A stretch of DNA of 64,000 bases from NCBI GenBank assembly GCA_040902535.1, contig JBBDXD010000006.1, positions 40,497 through 104,496 of the forward strand, written 5' to 3'. The notes beneath the pieces were generated by a model, which had not been told where the DNA came from, searched no databases, and worked only from the letters and a program-made list of their open reading frames with translations. Of this stretch, positions 9,411 through 19,000 are shown piece after piece (the first letter of the stretch is position 1; the number at the start of each line of letters is the position of its first letter). Position numbers and translations under genes: made by a program. This DNA comes from Dehalococcoidia bacterium (lineage in GTDB: Bacteria > Chloroflexota > Dehalococcoidia > DSTF01 > JACRBR01).

Positions 9411-10028
9411 CTAGCGGCGCGCCATGTTTCGGCCCGTGTTGGACAGATGGTCGACCCACGCGGTCGATGCTTCCTCGAAGCGGTCGTGGGCCTCCGCGAG
9501 TTGCGCCAGCATCCACTCCGGCTCGTCGTTGAACTCCGCTCGGCGCTTGTCGAGCGCCTTGCGGGCGTCGCGGACGGCTACCTGGGTGTCACGGAACTTC
9601 TGGCCAAGTTCAATGGACAGCGGATCTTGCGGCGGTGGCGCTTCCAGCATGCGCGGGCCGTTGTCGCGACGTGGTCGGTCGCGACCATCGCGGCTTTCGC
9701 GCTGCGGGCGACCGCGCTGGTCTCGATCGCCACCGCTGCGGCGACCGCGATCGCGGCTTTCCGGGGCGGTGCGATCCGGGCTGCGCTCGGCGGCCGATGG
9801 CGCGCGGCGGATGGAGGGATTCGTCGGGCCTGGCGGCGCCTCGCCACCGGGGCGTCCACGGCGGGTATCGCGACGCGGTCCGCGGCCGTTGGCGGCGTCG
9901 CCCGGTGCGGCGTCCTCGGCCCCTCCGTCTCGCTGCGGCTGGCGTGCTTCGGCAGGGCCGTCCGCCTGCGAGCGCCCCTGGCCACCCCGCCTGCCGCGCC
10001 TGCGGCGTCGTTTCTTGTCTTCGGTCAT
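9411..10028 (-). CDS. Arg/Gly-rich intrinsically disordered protein with conserved C-terminal helical domain (hypothetical)
   Basis: About 125 aa of RG/RD-rich low-complexity sequence, then a structured tail ...LAEAHDRFEEASTAWVDHLSNTGRNMARR. The opposite-strand frames are junk. Confidence 0.45.
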   Translation of the reverse strand: MTEDKKRRRRRGRRGGQGRSQADGPAEARQPQRDGGAEDAAPGDAANGRGPRRDTRRGRPGGEAPPGPTNPSIRRAPSAAERSPDRTAPESRDRGRRSGGDRDQRGRPQRESRDGRDRPRRDNGPRMLEAPPPQDPLSIELGQKFRDTQVAVRDARKALDKRRAEFNDEPEWMLAQLAEAHDRFEEASTAWVDHLSNTGRNMARR

Positions 10029-10118
10029 AGGGGCAGGGTAACAGTTGGAGGTTTGGAGCTGGAAGCTGGATGTTGGGCGGAGCGCGGCGTCACGCGCGCG
10101 ATGAGCAAAGGAAGCTCT

Positions 10119-10538
10119 ATGGTCAGTTTTGGCGAAGTGATCGAGCGTACACGGCCCATGATGGAACTCGCTGAGTCCGTCGATCCGAAGACGCCGGGAG
10201 CTGCCGGGCTTGCATACCAGGCCGCCGAACTCGCCGTGCATATCTTGCTGATGGAGATCGACGGTACGGATCCGTGGGATGACGAGAAGCGGTATCGGCG
10301 AATGCGTGAGGTGCTGGGGGTTGACGAGGAGCAGCACGACCTGGCGTTCATGCACAAGGTGCGGTTGCGTGATTTCTATGCGAATGCGACGCGCATCACG
10401 ACAGACTATGGTCCTGCGTTTGGACCGCCGTTGGAGGTGCCGGACGCGGATGACTGCCGGCGGTGCGTGGCGATGGCGCGTCGGATCGTAGATGCGGTGC
10501 AGGCCAAGGTGGAGGACTTGCGCCCGGAGCGTCCATAG
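10119..10538 (+). CDS. hypothetical protein, possible HEPN-like helical domain
   Basis: 140 aa. ATG 10119 is preceded by AAGGAAG. Helical core LAYQAAELAVHILL... Divergent from the Arg-rich protein gene. Confidence 0.4.
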   Translation: MVSFGEVIERTRPMMELAESVDPKTPGAAGLAYQAAELAVHILLMEIDGTDPWDDEKRYRRMREVLGVDEEQHDLAFMHKVRLRDFYANATRITTDYGPAFGPPLEVPDADDCRRCVAMARRIVDAVQAKVEDLRPERP

Positions 10539-10642
10539 ACGGACGCGGCCTTCCGCTTCTGACCTGCTGGCTTCCATCTCTGACGGTCAGTCACGCCGCG
10601 GTTCTCGCGTGCCATGCGCTGCCGCGCTACGCTCTCCGCACG

Positions 10643-11731
10643 ATGGAGCTGCACGAGATCCCGACCCCGGCGCTCGTCGTCGATCTGGCGGCCATGGAGC
10701 GCAATATCCGGCGCATGGCGGACTATTTCGCGGCGCGGTCGTGCAAGCTGCGGCCGCACTTCAAGGCGCACAAGACGCCGGCGATCGCGCGGCGGCAGCT
10801 CGCGGCCGGGCAGTGCACGGGACTGACGTGCGCGACCGTCGACGAAGCCGAGGTGGTCGCGCGTGAACGTCTCACCCGCGACGTGCTGATCGCGAACGAG
10901 GTCGTGGGGCCGGGGAAGGCTGAGCGCGTCGCGAAGCTCGCGCAGGCGTGCGATGTCATCGTTGCGGTGGACACGGAGTATGGGCTACAGGACATCGCGC
11001 GCGCGGCCGAAGCGGCGGGCGTCGAGGTCGGCGTGGTGGTCGACGTGAACGTCGGGCTGCCGCGATGCGGCGTGGCGCCGGGCGAGCCGGCGGTGCGGCT
11101 GGCAAAGCGGGCCGAAGAGACGCAGGGCGTGCGGTTTCGTGGTTTCATGGGCTACGAGGGGCATGTCGTCGCGATCGAGGACCGCGCCGAGCGCGAGCAA
11201 AAGGCGACGCGGTCGATGGACCGGCTTCTGAGCACGGCATCGATGGCGCGGGACCAGGGGATGCGCGTCGAGATCGTGAGCGGCGGCGGGACGGGCACGT
11301 TCGACATCACGGGCGCGCTGGAGGGGATGACCGAGATCCAGGCGGGGTCGTACGTGCTGATGGACACGGCGTACGCGAAGCTCGACCTGCCCTTCGAGCA
11401 GGCGTTTACGGTGCTCGGGACGGTGCTGAGCCGGCCGCGTCCCGAGCAGCTCGCGGCGGACAACGGGCATAAAGCATGCTCGATCGACCACGGGAATCCG
11501 TCTGTGAAGGGGATTGAGGGCGCGAACGTGCTGTATCTCGCCGACGAGCACGTGGTGGTGGCGGTGCCCGCTGAGTGCACGATCGCTGTTGGCGATCGCA
11601 TCGAGCTGTGGCCGTCGCACATCGACCCGACGATCAACTTGCATGACTGGATGTACGTCGTGGACGGCGACCGCGTGCTCGACGTGTGGTCGATCGCCGC
11701 ACGCGGGTATCGCGGACATCAGGCGGTATGA
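10643..11731 (+). CDS. D-serine deaminase-like / low-specificity D-threonine aldolase family PLP enzyme (alanine racemase N-terminal domain)
   Basis: PLP-lysine motif RPHFKAHKT and the DSD1/D-TA family domain order. Start at ATG 10643 (MELHEIPTPALVVD). Confidence 0.75.
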   Translation: MELHEIPTPALVVDLAAMERNIRRMADYFAARSCKLRPHFKAHKTPAIARRQLAAGQCTGLTCATVDEAEVVARERLTRDVLIANEVVGPGKAERVAKLAQACDVIVAVDTEYGLQDIARAAEAAGVEVGVVVDVNVGLPRCGVAPGEPAVRLAKRAEETQGVRFRGFMGYEGHVVAIEDRAEREQKATRSMDRLLSTASMARDQGMRVEIVSGGGTGTFDITGALEGMTEIQAGSYVLMDTAYAKLDLPFEQAFTVLGTVLSRPRPEQLAADNGHKACSIDHGNPSVKGIEGANVLYLADEHVVVAVPAECTIAVGDRIELWPSHIDPTINLHDWMYVVDGDRVLDVWSIAARGYRGHQAV

Positions 11732-11884
11732 GTGCCGGGCGGTGCGAGGTCGGGCTGAGGCACGCTCCTGTTGCGTTCTGGATGAAACACAGCGAGTTGA
11801 GTCGCGGGCTGAAAGCCCGCGCCACGAAAAGCAGCGCGTGCTGATGAAGCGCAGAGATTAGCTGCGACGGAAAGGAAGCGTCGG

Positions 11885-12913
11885 ATGAAGCTGGGATTGA
11901 GCGCGGGCTACTGGAGCAGCGGACCGCCGGCGGGCATCGACGAGACGATCGCCGCGGCGGACGAGTACGGTTTCGATTCGGTGTGGACCGCGGAGGCGTA
12001 CGGTTCCGACGCGTTCACGCCGCTCGCGTGGTGGGGCGCGAAGACATCGAAGATAAAGCTCGGCACGGCGATCGCCCAGCTTTCGGCGCGGACGCCCGCA
12101 GCGACGGCGATGGCGGCGATGACGCTCGACCACCTGTCGCAGGGGCGCTTCATTCTGGGAGTCGGCGCGTCGGGGCCTCAGGTCGTCGAAGGGTGGTACG
12201 GGCAGCCGTATCCGCGGCCGCTGGAGCGCACGCGCGAGTTCATCGAGATCATCCGCAAGATCGTCGCGCGCGATGAGCCGGTGGAGTACGCAGGCAAGCA
12301 TTACCAGATGCCGTACCCGGGCGGCATGGGTCTGGGCAAGCCGCTCAAGTCCACCGTGCACCCGTTCCGCACGGATCTGCCGATCTATCTTGCGGCGGAG
12401 GGGCCGAAGAACGTGGCGCTGGCGGCGGAGGTCGCCGACGGCTGGCTGCCGCTGTTCTTCTCCCCGAAAAGCGACCAGTTCTATCGCACGGCGCTGAAGG
12501 AAGGGTTCGCGCGGCCAGGCGCGCGGCACGTTGCCGGCGACTTCGAGGTGGTGGCGCCGGTATCGGTCGTGATCACCGATGACATCGAGCGCGGGGCGAA
12601 CATGATGCGGCCGATGCTGGCGCTGTACGTCGGCGGCATGGGCGCGAAGGGCGCGAACTTCCACTACGACGTGCTGGCGCGCCTCGGCTACGAAGATGAG
12701 TGCGCGCACGTGCAGCAGTTGTACTTGAGCGGCAAGAAGCAGGAAGCGATCGCCGCGATCCCGCTCGAGATGGTGCAGGACACGGCGCTGATCGGGCCGC
12801 CTGGCAAGATCAAAGACGAACTGGCGATGTGGAAGGAGACCTGCCTGACCACGATGCTCGTCGGCGGGCCGCCGGCGCAGTTGCGGCAGATCGCGGAACT
12901 GGTGCTGGGCTAG
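11885..12913 (+). CDS. LLM-class F420-dependent oxidoreductase (luciferase-like monooxygenase family)
   Basis: TIM-barrel LLM signature (FDSVWTAEAYGSDAFTPLAW..., GRFILGVGASGP) along the full 342 aa. Confidence 0.8.
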   Translation: MKLGLSAGYWSSGPPAGIDETIAAADEYGFDSVWTAEAYGSDAFTPLAWWGAKTSKIKLGTAIAQLSARTPAATAMAAMTLDHLSQGRFILGVGASGPQVVEGWYGQPYPRPLERTREFIEIIRKIVARDEPVEYAGKHYQMPYPGGMGLGKPLKSTVHPFRTDLPIYLAAEGPKNVALAAEVADGWLPLFFSPKSDQFYRTALKEGFARPGARHVAGDFEVVAPVSVVITDDIERGANMMRPMLALYVGGMGAKGANFHYDVLARLGYEDECAHVQQLYLSGKKQEAIAAIPLEMVQDTALIGPPGKIKDELAMWKETCLTTMLVGGPPAQLRQIAELVLG

Positions 12914-12920
12914 TCGGCTC

Positions 12921-12964
12921 GTCGCTGGTTGCTGGTCGGCTGGTCGCTGGTCGCTGGTCGGTGG
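12921..12964. repeat. tandem heptamer repeat (GCTGGTC/GCTGGTCG x5-6)
   Basis: Read directly from the sequence: gtcgctggttgctggtcggctggtcgctggtcgctggtcggtgg. Confidence 0.5.
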
Positions 12965-12971
12965 TATGGAA

Positions 12972-12993
12972 GGGGCGCATAGCTGTGCGCCCC
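12972..12993. terminator. bidirectional hairpin GGGGCGCA-tagctg-TGCGCCCC
   Basis: 8-bp perfect GC-rich stem located between convergent gene ends at 12913 and 13023. Confidence 0.5.
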
Positions 12994-13022
12994 TACGACG
13001 GCAGATGCCCCGGTGTTCGTGG

Positions 13023-13688
13023 TCAGCTAGGTGACGTTGTTGTGTCCGTCCGGGGAGCTTTTGCCGGCACGACCACGCGCTTGCGGAGCTTGCCGTACCA
13101 GTGCGCGAACGCGAGCCACGTAGTGATGCTGTTCGCCTTGCGCGCGGTGAGCATCTTGCGCTGGTACTCGACCGCATCGTCGACGGTGAGGCGGTAGGTG
13201 TGCGGCACATCGCCGTGGCGGCCCGCGATCACCAGCCACTGCCCATCGACGTAGGCGATCGTGTGGGTGACGTCGTCCTCTCCGTTCGGCGACGCGAGCG
13301 ACACATGCATCAGGCTTTCGGCGCGACCGATCTTGAACAGGGCCGAGCGCAGGAGCTTGTTCTTAATCGCGGGGCGCTGCAGCGCGCCCTGGGTCGCAGG
13401 GGCGGCGAGCACTGCCATGATGCGGAAGCGCTCGCGATCGTCGAGCACGCCGTCGCCGGCGTATTCGAGCAGCAGGTCGATCTGCGCCGATCTGATCTCG
13501 ACCGTGAAGTCGACGCGGTCCTCGCTCAGTCCCTCGGTGAAGACGACGTTCGTGCCGGTGTGGTCGGCGGTAAACGTCTCGCCGGTGTCGGTGACGCGCA
13601 CGCCCGCGCTATCGAACAGGCCGCGGAAGAAGTCGACCACCTGCGGATGCTGGATGGCTGATTGCATTTTCTCGAGGCTTGTGGACAT
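13023..13688 (-). CDS. hypothetical protein
   Basis: 221-aa ORF with protein-like composition. ATG 13688 is preceded by GGGGGTG. Confidence 0.45.
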   Translation of the reverse strand: MSTSLEKMQSAIQHPQVVDFFRGLFDSAGVRVTDTGETFTADHTGTNVVFTEGLSEDRVDFTVEIRSAQIDLLLEYAGDGVLDDRERFRIMAVLAAPATQGALQRPAIKNKLLRSALFKIGRAESLMHVSLASPNGEDDVTHTIAYVDGQWLVIAGRHGDVPHTYRLTVDDAVEYQRKMLTARKANSITTWLAFAHWYGKLRKRVVVPAKAPRTDTTTSPS

Positions 13689-13748
13689 GACGCACCCCCA
13701 TCGGCGCGATGGTAGAGTCGCCATGCCATTCGCGTCAACCGTCGACCG

Positions 13749-14756
13749 TTAGCGGTATCCCTCGATGACGGGCCGGCGTGACAGCTTGAGCCAGAGCCCG
13801 TCGCAGATGATGCGCAAGTCGTCGTCTATCTGCGTGTCGGGGGCCGCAAGCGATGCGTCGAGTTGGTCCGGACTGCTGGCGCCGACAATCGCCGAGGTAA
13901 TGCCGGGCTGCGACAGCACCCACTGCACGGCGACGCCCACCATGTCCTGACCGCGCGCATCGACGGCTGAGCGCAACTCGTCGACAGCGTCGAACTGTTC
14001 GTCCTGCCAGTAGCGGTGCCGGTACATGCGGGCAGCGCCGCCAAGGTTGAAGCGCGTGTTCTCCGGCGGCTCTTCGCCCTTCTGGTGCTTGCCGGACAGG
14101 AACCCGCCGGCGAGCGGGTTGTAGACGATGACGCCGAGCCCTTCGGCGCGGACGAGCGGCAGCAGTTCGGTCTCGATGTCGCGATAGAGCATGTTGTAGC
14201 GCGGCTGCAGCGAGTCATAACGTGCGACGCCGAGGCGATCGCTGGCGGCGAGCGCCTGTCCGAGCCGCCACGCCGGGAAGTTGGAGCATCCGACGTAGCG
14301 CACCTTGCCCCAACGCACGAGGTCGTCGAGCGCGCGCATCGTTTCTTCGATGGGTGTGCGGGGGTCGAACCAGTGCACCTGGTACAGGTCGATGACGTCG
14401 GTCTGCAAGCGGCGCAGGCTCGCGTCGACGGCGTTGTGGATATGGCGGCGCGAAAGTCCCTGGTCGTTGGATCCCGGACCCATGGCGCCTGCGCACTTCG
14501 TCGCGAGGATGATGCGGTCGCGGTTGCGCCGCTCCTTCATCCAGCGGCCGATGATCTCCTCGGTGCGGCCTACGGTCTCGAGGGTGCCGCCGAGGGGGTA
14601 GACATCCGCGGTATCGATGAAGTCGACCCCACCCTCGATCGCGCGGTCGAGGATGGCGAACGAGGCGGGCTCGTCGCGCTGGAAGCCGAAGGTCATGGTG
14701 CCTTGGCAGATCTCGCTGACGTGCAGGCCCGTGCGGCCGAGTTGCCGATGGTCCAT
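13749..14756 (-). CDS. aldo/keto reductase
   Basis: AKR motifs: GVDFIDTADVY, IILATKC, VRYVGCSN, plus the catalytic tetrad context. Confidence 0.85.
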   Translation of the reverse strand: MDHRQLGRTGLHVSEICQGTMTFGFQRDEPASFAILDRAIEGGVDFIDTADVYPLGGTLETVGRTEEIIGRWMKERRNRDRIILATKCAGAMGPGSNDQGLSRRHIHNAVDASLRRLQTDVIDLYQVHWFDPRTPIEETMRALDDLVRWGKVRYVGCSNFPAWRLGQALAASDRLGVARYDSLQPRYNMLYRDIETELLPLVRAEGLGVIVYNPLAGGFLSGKHQKGEEPPENTRFNLGGAARMYRHRYWQDEQFDAVDELRSAVDARGQDMVGVAVQWVLSQPGITSAIVGASSPDQLDASLAAPDTQIDDDLRIICDGLWLKLSRRPVIEGYR

Positions 14757-14878
14757 CGCTCGCTCCTTTTACGGTTGGTTAGAGCGTGTCAGACGGAGGA
14801 GCTATGTGAAAGCTGCCGCTTGAGGTGCGCCCGACGGAGACGATGAGCCTCGGACATGGAAAGGGTGAGGCTGCCGGG

Positions 14879-15259
14879 TTACGGCTGATCCGCGCAGTCG
14901 CGTGCGACGCTCTTGATGGCGTCCATCAGCGAACTGTCGATCTGGTGCTTCGAGATGAACGCGGTGGCTCCGGCATCGCGGGCGCGGGCGCGTGTAGCCG
15001 CGTCGTCGTGGATGGTCAACACGACGATGCAGCAGCCGGGTAAGTCCTGCCTGAGTTGCTGTGTGGCGCGGATTCCGTCCAGGCCGGGCATCTCGACGTC
15101 CATGAGGATGACGTCGGGGTCGAGCTTCCGGGCGAGGCTCACGGCGGATTCACCATCTGCGGCTTCGCCGACGACCGCGATTCCGGCCTCCAGGTCCAGC
15201 CGCATGCGCAGTCCTTTGCGGACGTTGGTCTGGTCATCTGCGAGAAGGATTCTGATCAT
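14879..15259 (-). CDS. single-domain response regulator (REC only)
   Basis: Receiver signature IRILLADDQ...ILMDVEMPGLDG...TIHDD. ATG 15259 is preceded by GAGG. Confidence 0.75.
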   Translation of the reverse strand: MIRILLADDQTNVRKGLRMRLDLEAGIAVVGEAADGESAVSLARKLDPDVILMDVEMPGLDGIRATQQLRQDLPGCCIVVLTIHDDAATRARARDAGATAFISKHQIDSSLMDAIKSVARDCADQP

Positions 15260-15369
15260 CGGGACCTCGTTGGAAGTATCGCGGCCACCGGACAGCTTTT
15301 CGTCGCGCAATCGATGGTTCGAGGCTATGGCCTTCGTCGGTCACCCGCCTCCGCCAAAAGGCGGAGGAA

Positions 15370-16086
15370 TTGACGATCGGGGCTGCTATAGTTGAGCGCG
15401 ATAGCTCAACGGTGAGCGCGCTGAAGCCGGGGTTTGCATCTGTGACCATTCGCATCGTGATCGCCGACGACCATAGCGTGGTCCGCCAGGGCCTGAAGAT
15501 GTTCCTGGCGCTCGATCCGGACCTGGAGGTCATCGGCGAGGCACAGAACGGCGCCGAGGCGGTCAAGCTCGCCCACGAGCTTGGCCCCGACATCGTCCTG
15601 ATGGACATGCTGATGCCCGTGATGGACGGCATCACCGCCACCCAAACCATCCGGCGCGAGCTTCCCGATACGGAAGTTATCGCGCTGACCAGCGTCCTCG
15701 AGGACGCCTCCGTCGTGGGGGCGATCAAGGCGGGGGCGATCGGCTACCTGTTGAAGGACACCCAGTCCGAAGAGCTGTGCCGCATGATCAAGGCTGCCGC
15801 CGCCGGCCAGGTGCAACTCTCGCCCGCCGCGGCCGCGCGCCTGGTGCGCGAGGTGCGCGCGCCGGACAACCCGCAGGCGCTGACGGAGCGCGAGACCGAC
15901 GTCCTCCGGCTGCTCGCCCAAGGGAAGGCGAACAAGGAGATCGCCTATGCGCTGACGATCGGCGAGAAGACGGTGAAGACGCACGTCAGCAACATCCTCA
16001 TGAAGCTAGGCGTCCAGAGCCGGACGCAGGCGGCGCTCTACGCGGCACAGATCGGACTCGCCCCGCTCGAAACGTCATCTTCCTGA
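15370..16086 (+). CDS. LuxR/NarL-family two-component response regulator (REC + HTH_LuxR)
   Basis: REC motifs IRIVIADDH...LMDMLMPVMDG and a LuxR HTH (TERETDVLRLLAQGKANKEIAYALTIGEKTVKTHVSNILMKLGV). The true start is probably an internal GTG at 15412 or 15439. Confidence 0.85.
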   Translation: MTIGAAIVERDSSTVSALKPGFASVTIRIVIADDHSVVRQGLKMFLALDPDLEVIGEAQNGAEAVKLAHELGPDIVLMDMLMPVMDGITATQTIRRELPDTEVIALTSVLEDASVVGAIKAGAIGYLLKDTQSEELCRMIKAAAAGQVQLSPAAAARLVREVRAPDNPQALTERETDVLRLLAQGKANKEIAYALTIGEKTVKTHVSNILMKLGVQSRTQAALYAAQIGLAPLETSSS

Positions 16087-16098
16087 CCGGCAGGTCTC

Positions 16099-19000
16099 GT
16101 GCAGTTTCTCCCTAAACGCCTCGGCCCTAAACTCAACCTCTCTCTCCTGGTGTTCTTCCTGTTGCTGGGCGGCGCGACGAGCGCGCTCGTCTTCTTCGGC
16201 TTTCAGCGCACGCAAGACGACGCGACGGACCTGAGCCGCCAGGCGCTGGAGGTGCAGGGGAGCGAGACGCTCGAGCGGCTCGCCGACCAAACATCTTTTT
16301 CAGGCCAACTGATCGTGCAGCAGGCGACGACCGACGCCTCCGCCGCGGCCAGCTATCTCGCGAACGCACACCAGTTGGGCGCGACGGTGCCCTGGGACCC
16401 GGCGCGCCTGACGCCCGCACCAAATGGCGCCCTCATCGATCCGTCAACGACGCGCACGACGGATGTCTGGGTGCCCGCCAGCCTCGAGATGAATGAGCGA
16501 CTGCGCGATGACCTGAGCGGTTCGGCGACGCTGGATGCGCTCTTCCCGACGCTGGAACGGGGCAATCCCGACGCGGTCGCGATCTATTACGTCACGCCAT
16601 CCGGCGCGGTGCGGCAGTATCCGCCGTACGGCCGCAACGACTCGCTGCCGGCGGACTTCGACTTCTTCAGCCAGCCCGGATTCGAAGATTTCCGCTCAGG
16701 CGCGACGGCGCCGACGGTTGCTAGATGGACGGCGCCTTACGAGAGCCCCGCAGTGCTGGGCTTAACCATCACTGCGCTGGCGCCGGTATTTCAGGACGGC
16801 GTCTATCGCGGTGTGATCGGCGTCGATGTCGCGGTGCCGCGGCTGATCGCCCGCGTCGACGCGGTGCGGTATACGCCGGGCGGCTATGCCTTCGTGATCG
16901 ACCGCAACGGCGGGCTCGTGCCGAGCCGATTCTCTGACGACGTGCAGCGTCTCATCGATGACCCGGACAAGACGCAGTTCGCTTCCACCGTCCAGGCGAT
17001 GCGCGCGGGGAGATCTGGCTTCGGGCGCGTCGACATCGGCGATGAAGACGTGATCGTGGCGTACGCGCCGCTCGGCGACCTCGGGGGAAGCCTGGCGCTG
17101 GTGTCGCCGGTGGATGAGCTGACAGCGCAGGCCGCCGCCGTCACTTCGTCGATCGAGGAGCAGGGCGACCAGACGCTCGCGTTCATCCTCGCGACGATGC
17201 TCGGCTTTTTCATCGCCGGGCTGCTGGCGGCTGCGTGGTTCAACCGTCGAATGCTGACTTCGCCCGTCGAGTCGCTCGTGAGGGGCACGCGCGCCGTCGC
17301 CGCGGGCAACTACAGCGTCCGCATGCCGATCGAATCGACCGACGAGTTGGGCATGCTCGCCGACTCCTTCAACATCATGATCGAACAGATCGACCTTGGT
17401 CAGCAACGGCTGGAGCAGCGCAACCGCGAACTCCACGGGGAGATCGCCGAGCGGACACGCGTCGAAGAAGAACTGCGCCGCAGCGAGGATCTGTACCGCA
17501 CGCTCGCCCACAACTTCCCGAACGGCACCGTGGTGCTCTACGACCGCGATCTGCGTTTTCAGATCGTCGATGGGCAGGGCATTCGTTCGTTGGGGCTCGC
17601 GAAGGAAGACGTCGAAGGCAAGCTGCTCGACGATCTATTCACACCGCGCGTGCGGGAAACGCTTGGATCGCACATGCGCGTGGTCTTCGATGGCGAATCG
17701 AGCGTCTTTGAGATCGAGGCTCAGGACCGCGTCTTCGTCGCATACACGTTGCCGCTCTACGACGAACGCAGCGAAATCTTCGCCGGCATGGCGATGACGC
17801 AGGACATCACCGAGCGCAAGCAGGCGGAAGCGGAGCTGGCAGAGCGGGAAGCGCAGTATCGAAGCATCTTCGCTTCTGTGAGCGATGGCCTGATCATCAC
17901 CGGCCCCGACGGCGCGATCGTCGAGGTGAATCCGGCGTTCGCGGACATGCACGGCTATTCGCACGACGAGATGCTTGCGGTACATCCGATGACATTTATC
18001 GATCCCGAGAGCCATCATCTCTTCGCCGAATACAGCGAGACGGTTGCCGCCGGCGGCGTGTATCGGTGCCGTGCGACAGACGTGCGCAAGGACGGCTCGA
18101 CGTTCCCGGTCGAGGTGATGGGGCGCCCGGTGCTGTATAGCGGGTCGCCGCACGTGCTTGGCGTCGTCCGCGATATCACCGAGCAGGTGGAGACCGAACG
18201 CCTACTGGAACAGCGCGTCTCCGAGCGGACGCGTGAGATCGCGGCGCTGCTCGATATTTCGCACGCCGTCACGGCGACGCTGGAGCTGAAAACGCTCGTG
18301 GCGGTGATCCTGCAGCAGTTGGGACAGGTCGTCGAGAACAACGCGGCATCCGTGCTCCTGCGCGAAGGCGACGAGCTGGCGATCATGGAGTTCGACGAGT
18401 CGGTGATGGGGCGGCCTTCGACGGGGGGCGGGCTACGCTTCACGCTGGAGGCGGCCGATGCGATCTGGCGCCAGGCGCTGCAGCGCCAGCCGGCGATCAT
18501 CCACGACATTTACGATGACAGCGAACTCGCGGCATCCTTCCGCGAGGCTGTGGGCGGCCACCTGGCGGGCACGTTCTCGCACGTGAGAGCGGCGTTGTTC
18601 GTGCCGCTCGCCCTCCAGGATGAAGTGATCGGCGTTGTGGCGATCTCGCACGGAACGCCCGGCTATTTCACCGAACACAACGCGGCGCTGGTGATGGCCA
18701 TCGCGAACCACGCCGCCATCGCGATCGAAAACGCCCGCCTCTTCGCGCGCGTTGAGCAGCGGACGCGTGAGCTTTCGACGCTGTTGGAGCTTTCACATTC
18801 CGTGGCATCGACCTTATCGCTCAACCAGTTGGTGCCCGTGATCCTCGAGAGCCTTCAGGCGGTGATCGCTTACATGGGCGCCTCAATCCTGCTGCGCGAC
18901 GGCGATGAGTTGGCGATCGTGACCTACGACCCGTCGATTGATACGTCGGCGCCCCGGCAGTCGCCGCTCCGCTTTGCGCTCGACGAGTCGCTGCCTCTCT

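Noticed and set aside
11858-13210. 450-aa minus-strand ORF covering the LLM oxidoreductase gene
   Set aside because: It is antisense to a gene with clear family motifs and its translation is R/P-rich junk.
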